In this document: in pieces, positions 41,907-52,109 of the stretch | Layout of the letters: each line of letters opens with the position of its first letter | Position numbering within the stretch: position 1 is the first letter of the stretch | NCBI RefSeq assembly: GCF_006345805.1 | Contig: NC_043000.1 | Span: forward strand, 70,928,001-70,992,000 | Length of the DNA: 64,000 bases | From: Octopus sinensis | Lineage: Eukaryota | Direction: 5' to 3' | Position numbers and translations under genes: made by a program | Notes under the pieces: model-generated | Database searches by the model: none | What the model was told of the DNA's origin: nothing | What the model saw: the letters and a program-made list of their open reading frames with translations, nothing else

Positions 41907-42695
41907 TAAGAAGTTGTTTATCTCAGAAAAAAAATTTCCTTTAATGTATAAACTATCTTATTGTGGAAAATATGTTAGAGGCTATATTTCAATGAGATAA
42001 CTGAAGTGCTGTCATTTTGTTGTGCCCTATTTGTAAGGCCTGTTTCTAAGTTATTGAGGGTAATGTGTCAAAGACAAAGCAATTTTATAACTTTATTTAG
42101 ATAAAGTTACTTGAAGACATGGAAGTCAAATAGCTTATAATGACACCTAGACTTGCATAGGTACATAACTGAAAAAGATGAAAACAACATGGTAAAATAT
42201 TTTATGGTTTAATGAAAAGTTATGAAGGCACTATTTTCTCTCCACTTCACTTTCTCTGAAAATGGCCAATTAAAGCTCCTATACACAGTTGACTCATTTG
42301 TTTATAATTTGTCACTCGAACCTACATTCCAGCTCTCAGTACTATTAACTGCTGAACAAGGTTACAGCCCTAAACATAATAGTTTAGATTAAAAACTAAT
42401 TAATAGTTCTGTAACTTGTTCACCATTTTCTTCAATGATTTTCCTCACAAATAATCTGAAGACTGCTTCATGTAAAAGTAAAATAGCTCCAAGTGAGGTT
42501 GTGGTAATGCAGGACTAACTGCACTGAAATTAGTTTAAACATATTTCATTAATTGTGCCATGATTCTGCCTAGTTGTAGCAGTTGAAATAAATGTTTATA
42601 TTTGCAAAAATTTCCCAGCTGTACAAGAAGGGTAATTAAAGGAATGATACATGTACTGCATTGCTATAATTATCCTTTTTTTAATTTTTCTTCAG

Positions 42696-42794
42696 GATCT
42701 CTTGGATGTTGTATATGAAAATGGAAAGCTATTAAAATATTATACTTTTGATGATGTACGGAAGCAAGCAGAAATTGAGAAATTACAAACTTAA
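42696..42794 (+). CDS. NAMPT: NAMPT last coding exon
   Basis: tttcttcag|DLLDVVYENGKLLKYYTFDDVRKQAEIEKLQT* (TAA 42792-42794). Confidence 0.95.
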   Translation, partial: DLLDVVYENGKLLKYYTFDDVRKQAEIEKLQT

Positions 42795-42896
42795 TTAGTT
42801 TGTGTCAAATGATACTGACAAGCATATTAAAAGAAAGTGATAAAATCAAAAGGTGCATTTTTGAAATTTATTTACATAAAAATGACTCTTTTTACA

Positions 42897-43511
42897 AATA
42901 AAGAATTTTTGTTTAAATAGGCAAAATTCTTTCATTAAAATAATTTTTACAGATTTAAAAAAATATATAATATGTTAGTTATTTTTATTATTTATTCTTT
43001 CTAAAAATAATGATAAAGTTTGCCTTTTAGTTTCCACCTTAAAAATAACGGTATGGGAAGTTGGTGTCAGTAAATTTGTCTGTTAAAGACTACTATACAA
43101 TCACTATCACAAATTTCCTAATTAAATATCATTTATTGTATATAGAAAACAAATTACATAACTTGTAGCTATATTGGACCTATATGTTTCACCACCATAT
43201 GTCTTAAATGAAAATACATGACTACTTGTCACAACCTTACAGATATCGGAGTGATGTAAATAAACACTTTTGAGAAATTTCATACATTGATAAATACTTT
43301 AGCTCTTGTCTGCAAGGAAAAGTAAATACTTAAAATATTTAGAAAACAAATAAAATTGGTGGGAGAGAATTTAAAGGAATCTAAGTTTTGGTCCTAGATC
43401 ATTTGAAACAATTATATATTTAGTTTGTGTCAAATGATACTACTAAGCAGTGATAAACCCAAAAGGTTCATTTTTGAAATTTATTTACACAAAATGACTC
43501 TTATAAATAAA
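42897..43511 (+). terminator. Candidate NAMPT poly(A) signals AATAAA at 42897-42902 and 43506-43511
   Basis: Both hexamers lie at equivalent positions in a duplicated about 140-bp block. Confidence 0.5.
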
Positions 43512-43790
43512 GAATTTTATTAAATTTATGGAAGCAAAATCCTTTCATTAAAACAAGTGTTTATTTACTCCACTCCAACAAAACTAATCCATTTATATAA
43601 AGCTTACTTTATGTTAAAGAATTGTTTCATTTTTTACATATTTTCTCTAATTTAAGTACCATTCAAACATCCTTCATTTCAGTCAATTGTTTTCATCAGA
43701 AAATTATATTTATGAAATTCTTTCAAGCCATTCCAACTTCAATGTTCATATGAATCGAAGACTCTTAAATAAAATATATGGTTTTCAAAG

Positions 43791-43916
43791 CTAAAAATCT
43801 TCTAGTTCTTGTAGCAACTGGATGTTAAGGGCATCAAGATTTAATGTCCCTTCATGTATTGTGTTTTCCTCATTACCATCAGCCTCAACCTCAGGTTCTT
43901 GGTCAAGCTCATTAAT
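43791..43916 (-). CDS. Last coding exon of an unidentified gene (acidic C-terminus)
   Basis: atatttcag|INELDQEPEVEADGNEENTIHEGTLNLDALNIQLLQELEDF*; phase 0 matches the upstream exon; AATAAA on - at 43565-43560. Confidence 0.75.
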   Translation of the reverse strand: MNELDQEPEVEADGNEENTIHEGTLNLDALNIQLLQELEDF

Positions 43917-44078
43917 CTGAAATATTAATTTATGAAGAGATTAGTGAAGTCAAACTAGCTTCTTTTTGGTTGCTGATAGTGTCATTCTGTATTTAGTACA
44001 CAAATAACTTATGATTTCTAGCAGTGGCCAAATTTTTCATTTACAGGAACTGGAAAAGGTGAAGCATTAGTGTTAATA

Positions 44079-44430
44079 CAAGATGGTATCAAAAAGTTCC
44101 TGAACTAGTTATGATTGATAAAAAATAACTTATATTTACCTAATATTACCTAATACTTATATTTACATCATCTCCTTCAAAATAGTCATATTGTGCTAAA
44201 ATACCAGTCACAGCATTCCCACCACTTTTGGAATCCAGCTTGGGTGTCGTTTTCTGCAAGTCAATTGCAGACAACAGCATACACATGATCACAAATTTCA
44301 CAACTTGTGAAGTAAACACAGCGATATCACTTGGTACACTGCCTCATGAAGGTCACTGCGCATGCAACTATGTGCTGCCATCTGTTGATGTGCTACAGAG
44401 CTAGTCTAGGAACTTTTTGATACCACCTCA
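44079..44430. mobile_element. Mariner-type MITE, about 350 bp
   Basis: TA|CAAGATGGTATCAAAAAGTTCCTGAACTAG ... CTAGTCTAGGAACTTTTTGATACCACCTCA|TA. Confidence 0.82.
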
Positions 44431-45603
44431 TAAATTTTCTAATATCATATAATTGATGGTGGTAAAATAATAAAAAAGTTGCTTATCAACTTTCTTTTTC
44501 AATTTACAAAACAAAAAAAAAAGTTGTTTCAAGAAGTGAATTGAAATGCACTTGTTGCAGTAATAAAGGTCAATAAGAAAGTATCAGATAGTTTGAGGAA
44601 ATTAGAAATTCCTGCTGTTAAGGAAATAATGAACATGCTGAGCAATACATTGGTAACTACTCCAGAATACATGATGGTTATGGATACAGATTTATAGATG
44701 AAACATTAACAACATGAACTTTACGAAAGCAACCAGCTACTTGAGCACCTACAAATCAGTTAATTATACAAGCCAGATATACTTAACTCTCATCAGGAAA
44801 TGGAACAGCTACTGGGTTGTGAATATTGACTTTTCCCATAGTGATGAATGTACCACTCACCCTAGATTAGTGGCTGATAGAGATAAAAGACAATCTAGAG
44901 AAAGAATGTACCTGGAAACTGAAATATCTTTCTGTAAATATACATTCAGAGAAGTTTTAGGAGATTTATATGATAAAGAGGAAATAGATGCCTAAATATA
45001 GAGGACAACACTGATGAAGATAATCTAGTTTGAAGAGTGGAGTTACGGGGATACTTAAATGATAAAGTTTACAGTAAAGAACTGCCAACCATTGACAAAC
45101 TGAGGACAACCCTTTAATGAAAGCACACACAAATATAGACTGAAATGTTTCTTGATGTTTGCGATTCCACTGCTTCTCATTATCAGAAGTGCCGGGACCA
45201 GAATGTCACCAGTTCGAAAACAAGTATTAATAAAAAAAAAATGAAATTTTATCTGTAGATTCTACTGAGTTGAAATGAAAATGAAATGTATTTTAATACT
45301 GACTTAATAATCATTCAATGTGTGTACTCATTCTTTGAGACACACTATATATTAAAGTATTTAGTTATGCACTTACATTCCAAATACAAACCTTGCAGAA
45401 TGATTGTCATTTCAATTGGAGTTACTAATTATCTACACTAGTAATTATAATATTGTCTACAATTATCTTCATGTCAGTTGACCTCATAAAGCAACAGCTA
45501 TTGTATTTCATTTTATCTCAATTATTATTGTTGATTCAATTATCTATACACCTTCCTATAAACTTTTGGCTTTGTCCTAATACTTGAAATTATTATTATT
45601 GAT

Positions 45604-45810
45604 GCTGGTAGAATTGTCAGCATACTGGGCAAAATGCTTAGAGGCATTTCATCTGCCTTTATGTTCTGAGTTCAAATTCCGCTGAGGTTGACTTTGCTTT
45701 TCATCCTTTTGGGGGTTGATAAAATAAGTATCAATTGAGGACTGGGGTTGATGTAATCAACTTCCCTTCCCTGAACTTGTTGGCCATGAACCAAAATTTG
45801 AAAAAAATCA
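45604..45810 (+). mobile_element. tRNA-related SINE (same family as 24021-24236)
   Basis: GCTGGTAGAATTGTCAGC...GTTCTGAGTTCAAATTCCGCTGAGG...GATAAAATAAGTA. Confidence 0.7.
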
Positions 45811-46637
45811 TCATTACTGGTAATGTGTTTTGATAAAACTGAGTTCATAATGCTGGTTCTTAATTGTTATAACTTCAAAAGCTATTGTTTCTAGAAAAAG
45901 TGCAACCTTTCATTTTCTTCTGTGATTAATGTCTTAGTAAATAAATATGGAAACACATTCCTTTGGTAATTAGAAACAACAGTCACAAATTTTAAAAGAA
46001 TTAAATTGTTTACTTCATTTTATTTCAAACTTTATGAACTACTTCTTCATACTGAAGAGGATAAAAAACAGAAACTAGGGCAAGGTTTTCAGACATAACT
46101 GCAAACTGCTTGATAGTTTATCAATTAGGAAGTGAGATATCAGCATCAATATTTTCTGCTATCATTGGTTAGCTATATAATGAAGGTGATAAGCTCTTAG
46201 AGGCTCTGGACCTAGGTGCTTGATCATAGTTAATACCCTTTGGAAATATTCAAAGATATGAACATTACAACCCTCCTTCTCTTTTTCAGAAATCAATATA
46301 ACTGATCACTTGTTAATGGACACATCAGATTTGTGTGTGGAATAAAATATATTTTTATACCAATATTACCTCTCTGTATATAACACACTAGTATGATCAT
46401 ACCAGTCAGCTGCCTAAAAGGCACTAGATCACTTCACTTACGATAATAGAGAATTTACACACATCTGTTCCATTAACAATTATAACAATATCAATAATGA
46501 ATCAATTTTAGAATTAAAAAAAAGCTGCTGGTGATATTTTTACAATTGATTAAAAGTCATAGACTTCATATCCAATTAAGATGATCTTCCTTCATTATAA
46601 TATTTCTTGAACTTATAAAATAAATATTTGTTTTTAC

Positions 46638-46819
46638 CTGAAGTAAATTTGTTTCAAATGTCTCTGCACAGTAGATATCAGGTTTAGAAGTGTTTAATTC
46701 AGCACAAATCTTTCCATTTGGCAGCACTAACACAAGAATTTTCGAGAAAGCATTTACAAGAGATCGTTGATAACAGATTTTCCGTGCTTTGTGATATACT
46801 GTGAGTTTTTGTAAAGGAT
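46638..46819 (-). CDS. Penultimate coding exon of the unidentified gene (182 nt)
   Basis: ttgtttctctgcag|AT then PLQKLTVYHKARKICYQRSLVNAFSKILVLVLPNGKICAELNTSKPDIYCAETFETNLLQ|gtaaaa; open frame, strong acceptor. Confidence 0.78.
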
Positions 46820-47865
46820 CTGCAGAGAAACAAGATTTTAAAAAATTTAGTGCATGGACTAAAATACAGAAAGAAGAATTACAAAGAAAAACTGATATTT
46901 AAACAAACTACCCAACTAATAGAAAGTTGTAAAAATATATTTAATATAATCTTTGATACCATCATTATAATATTATAAATATATCATATAGTAACTAATT
47001 AAGTTATTTGATGTAAGAACACTGACTGCCGACAAAATATTTCATACTAATAAAATAAACAAACATCATGACCTTTTCATTAATTAACCCATTTTCCTAA
47101 TCTTGGGTGAATTGAACTGAACATTTAGAAATTTCAAGTCAATCTTACAAGGTTTTACCATACCCATTATTCAACTCTACTTAACCTATTACTTTAAATT
47201 TAGTCTTACCATCACATTTATATTTAAAATCCTCTTACCCATTTTATTTCTAAATCCACTTAACAAGCATCACACACACAATACAACCTTTTATACACAC
47301 AAATGAGAAATACAAAGATCTCCCAATTTAACTTTGTTGTCTTCTCTATAAAGATCTACTCCAGTTTATGGAGAATCACAACAGTGTGTATCATTCTTCC
47401 TAGATATGGGTAATCATTTTAAGCTCACCAACCTCAAGTCTATCCTCCTCTCATTTCCAACAGCCCAAGTGATAGAAATCCTTAGTAACCACCTTCAATT
47501 TCTTCTTACTTTTTTTTATTTATTTTCATAGAAATAGATCTATCAAAATTCTGCTCTTCTACATCACACACCGTCTTCTCTCTTTTTGAATTATAGTAAA
47601 AGTAATGTTGCCTTAAAAATTTACAAAGCTTTAAATTGTGTTTGGCCTGAGAACCTACTAAGGTCCTTCATTACAGGTACATCATCTATCTCATCTCTAG
47701 TGTAAGAAATTTCCTGTCATACTGCTCCATTACAAATTAACAAAGTTCTCTGTTAATGCCATACCTCATGATTTTCAGTATGTTTCTACACTCTTCTGTA
47801 CAGTACTAATTTACTAAGCTTTACTTCTAATTATGTATGCATATATATATATGTATATATATATA

Positions 47866-48430
47866 TCATCATTTAGTGTCCGCTTTCCATGCTAGCATGG
47901 GTTGGACGGTTCAACTGGGGTCTGTGAAGCCAGAAGGCTGCATCAGGCCCAGTCTGATCTGGCAGTGTTTCTACGGCTGGATGCCCTTCCTAACGCCAAC
48001 CACTCCGTGAGTGTAGTGGGTGCTTTTTACGTGCCAGACGGAGCTGGCAAACAGCCATGGACGGATGGTGCTTTTTACGTGCCACCGGCATGGGGGCCAG
48101 GCGAGGCTGGCAACGGCCACGATCGGATGGTGCTTTTACGTGCCACCGCCACGGGGGCCAGGCAAGGCTGGCAACGGCCACGAACGGATGGTGCTACGTG
48201 CCACCGGCATGGGGGCCAGGCGAGGCTGGCAACGGCCACGAACGGATGGTGCTTTTTACGTGCCACCGGCACGGTGGCCAGTCGGGGCAGCGCTGGCAAC
48301 GGCCAGAATCAGATGGTTCACTTACTTGTCACCGGCACTGGTATCACAGCTGCAATTTCCATTGATGTTGATCGACTTCGATTTTGGTTCTGCTTTCTGA
48401 TTTGATTTGGTTTGATTTTGATTTTGATTT
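47866..48430 (-). mobile_element. RTE 3'-UTR copy with about four 62-bp tandem units
   Basis: Reverse complement of the tail family; (CAT)n at 47866. Confidence 0.88.
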
Positions 48431-48435
48431 TTATA

Positions 48436-48465
<30 letters not shown>

Positions 48466-48466
<1 letters not shown>

Positions 48467-50061
48467 TTATAATAAGAGTAGATCGTATACGAGTGGGTAT
48501 ATATTTGTAAAAAAGAAGTTTGAAAACGCCACTATATTAGATAAATTTTAATTTTCTTTTGAATTTTACATGTTTTGGTTCTTGAAAAAACGAACCTTAT
48601 CAAAAATATTATAAAAAGTGCAATAGAAAAGTTCATAGTTGTTTCTTACTGGTCTCAATAGAATCCATGTGGTGGTGTTTTGTCGGTAGTTGGTATAATC
48701 GCTATATTATAGTTGCGTGTAGTAAAGAAGTTCATTATTCTTTCTTGCTGGTATCAAAAGGAACCGTCCTTGTGTTCCAATGGAATGGTGGCAGCAGTAG
48801 TGATTGTTGGTCATAGTAGTAGTAACCGTGGTGGTGGTTGGGGTTGCAGCAGCTTATTGGTTGTGGCGGCTAGCAGTTACTGTTGGTCGTAGCTTTGGCA
48901 ACTGTGGTGGTGGTTGGGGTTGTGGCAGTTAAGCTGTGGCCATAGCAGCCGCAGTAGTAGAGGACTGTTGATCGTAGCAGCAATAGTAGTGACCACGGTG
49001 ATTGTAGTAGTAGTCATAGTGGAGGCAGTCATAGAGATCGTGGTGGTTGTGGTAGAATTTCATTTTTCCTTTTCGGAAGGCCAATGTTTTGTTTTAATAT
49101 TCCTGGCCCAGGGTGTTCAAACTAGGTCTAAATTTTTTGATGAAATAAAGTTCTTTATTTTGGCATTGGGTGAAGGTTACGCTGTCACTGGATTTGTAAA
49201 GTGGGTAAGTTGTAAATTTCGGATTTTCACTTGAAGCACATCTATCTATGTGTCCGCTGACTGGTATTTTCCGGTAATCAGGGTTTCTAATTTGGGATTT
49301 ATGCACCGCCATCCTTTTACGTAAGCTATTTTTTGTATGGCTTATATACTGCCTATTGCAACCTGCGCATGTTAAGACGTAAATTAAGTTTTCTGATGCA
49401 CAGGTGAAGTTTGTTCTAATGGTGAACTGATGGCCTTGTTCTATTATAAATTCTGAACCTTCTACCAAGATGACATAGATTCCGCAGTTGGGCTTTCCAC
49501 ATTTTCTAACTGTTGGTTTTGTGGTTGACGTTGAGTGCAGTTTAGCTTGGGTTAAAATCCTTTTCAAGGATTTTGGTTGTTACTTTTAGTGATGGTGTGT
49601 GTTTCGAGGTTCTGGTTCATCTTTGGGTCTCCCTTTAGTAGGGCTGTGCTTTGTAGTATGGTGCTGAAGGCCTCATTGTTAAGTGGGTTGTGTGTCGAGA
49701 TGTAGGGAAGGGTTTTTAATTTTTCTTTCTTTTTTGGTTTTGTTTGTCTCAGGTCTTCTATACTTAATTTAAGTGCCCGTTGGATTGCACTGTCTATTAG
49801 GGGCTGTGGATAATTTCTATTTATGAGTGTAGTTCTAAGTTCCTGGAGACGTGTGTGTCGGGTGTTTGTGTCTGATATTATGGTGCAAATCCTTCTAGCT
49901 AAACAAAAAGGGACATTTATTCTAGTGTGTCTAGGGTGGCATGAATCAAAGGGTAGGTACTGCTTGGAGTCTGTCGGTTTATAATAGATATCTGTCTCTA
50001 TTTTGTTGCCGGCTTTCTTAATGAGGACGTCTAAAGATGGCAATTCTTCTTCGTTATGATC
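48466..50061 (-). mobile_element. Penelope-like element, 5'-truncated (RT thumb, GIY-YIG endonuclease, 3' region)
   Basis: LPSLDVLIKK...TDIYYKPTDSKQYLPFDSCHP; NLIYVLTCAGCNRQYISHTKNSLRKRMAVHKSQIR...ELYFIKKFRPSLN; frameshift near 49565. Confidence 0.9.
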
Positions 50062-51417
50062 CAAAGTCCTAATAAGTAGGAAGGTGGACCAATCACAAAC
50101 GACTTCAGGTAGATAGCCCTGCTCGATCTGTAGAAAAGGCGTAGGTAGAAACTCTATAAGATGCACCAAGTGTAAGCTATGGACACATAAGAGGTACAGC
50201 AATGTCAAAGGAAGGCTAACTAGGAAGATAGATTTTGTATGTGGCAGATGCTCTGGTGCAATAAACACTGAAAATGCGCAGAGACCATCTTCCGCCACAT
50301 TCCAGGAAGAAAAACTAGAAATAGTTGATAGTTTCCGTTACCTAGGTGATCAAGTCAGAAGCGGGGGCGGGTGTGCTGAAAGTGTAACTGCTAGAGTAAG
50401 AATAGCCTGGGCTAAGTTCAGAGAGCTCTTACCTCTGCTGGTGACAAAAGGCCTCTCGCTCAGAGTAAAAGGCAGACTGTATGATGCATGTGTACGAACA
50501 GTCATGCTACATGGCAGTGAAACATGGGCCGTGACTGCTGAGGATATGCGTAAGCTTGCAAGAAATGAAGCCAGTATGCTCCGATGGATGTGTAATGTCA
50601 GTGTTAATACCTGACAGACTGTAAGTACCTTGAGAGAAAAGTTGGGCCTAAGAAGCATCAGATGTGGTGTGCAAGAGAGACGTCTACGCTGGTATGGACA
50701 TGTGGTAAGAATGGATGAAGATAGTTGTGTGAAAAAGTGCCACACCCTAGCGGTTGAGGGAACCTGTGGAAGAGGCAAACCCAGGAAAACCTGGGACGAG
50801 GTGGTGTAGCACGACCTTTGCTCTTTAGGTCTCACCGAGGAAATGACTAGAGACCGAGACCTTTGGAAGTATGCTGTGCGTGAGAAGACCCGGCAGGACA
50901 AGTGAGGCCATAACCCATAGCCTCTACCTGGGACGTAGTCAGTCCACCTGTGCATACCTTCCTTATTGGGACACAAAACTCTACTTGTGAAGACCTGTTG
51001 AGGCAAGTGAAAGTCAAAATCGAAATCGATCAACATCAATGGAATTTGTAGTTTTGAAACCAGTGCCGGTGGCATGTAAGAAAACCATCCGAACGTGGCC
51101 GTAGCCAGCTCCGCATCGCTGGCCTCTGTGCCAGTGGCACGTAACAAACACCATCCGATCGTGGCTGTCGCTAGCCTCCATGCCGGTGACACGTAAAAAG
51201 CACCATCCGAGCGTGGCCGTTCGCCAGACTCGTCTGGTACGTAAAAAGCACCCACTACACTCACGGAGTGGTTGGCGTTAGGAAGGGCATCCAGCTGTAG
51301 AAACACTGCCAGATCTGACTGGGCCTGGTGCAGCCTTCGGGCTTCCCAGACCCCAGTTGAACCGTCCAACACATGCTAGCATGGAAAGCGGACGTTAAAC
51401 GATGATGATGATGATAT
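50062..51417 (+). mobile_element. 5'-truncated RTE LINE with 3' UTR and (GAT)n tail
   Basis: Highly similar to 54749-56123. Confidence 0.93.
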
Positions 51418-51989
51418 ACTGAAATATACATAGACATCTACATCCATAAGTACATATAATATTCAGTTATTACTAATATTATTACTATTAATATTAGATT
51501 AGGTGTATTCTGCTCTTCACAATAGATAGTATATGAAAAATAAAATATAGAATATAATATAATATATGAACAGATGTTTATGAGAGATATAAGTATATTA
51601 AGTTTACAATCAATATCAGTATATCAATATATCAGTTATTATAGTTATGTCAATATTTTTCTGCATACATATTGGTAACAAACATATGCATACATACATA
51701 TACACACAAATATACATATATACATAAATTATTTTCCATTTCAACATACCAATATATACATACGTATCATATATTTTTAAATGTAAGATAATTCGCAGAC
51801 TAAGAAAGAAACGTTGTAAGCTTTCTACTCTGTTATTTATTCATCTTTTAGTAGTTTAAATCTTACAGGGAATGGGGAGGGATTATTTTTAATCATTTAC
51901 TTAATCTAATTGGTTAACAATTTTTTGAATATCTTTGTCTCAGTTACGGTTGGTTGATTGAAAACCGATGAAGTAAAACAATTTGTAAA

Positions 51990-52089
51990 NNNNNNNNNNN
52001 NNNNNNNNNNNNNNNNNNNNNNNNNNNNNNNNNNNNNNNNNNNNNNNNNNNNNNNNNNNNNNNNNNNNNNNNNNNNNNNNNNNNNNNNN
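51990..52089. other. Assembly gap (100 N)
   Basis: Run of N; true distance unknown. Confidence 0.99.
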
Positions 52090-52109
52090 GGAAAAATATA
52101 TATATATAT

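Noticed and set aside
44500-45200. Decayed Penelope (TC.EQYIG, CTGATGAAG)
   Set aside because: Only two short motifs; too degraded to support.
48700-49090. Thr/Val-rich ORF as a mucin-like gene
   Set aside because: Low-complexity trinucleotide-rich 3' region of the Penelope element, interrupted by stops.
50350-51372. 340-aa minus-strand ORF and similar antisense ORFs (6580-7032, 54192-54611)
   Set aside because: Antisense shadows of RTE coding and tail sequence.
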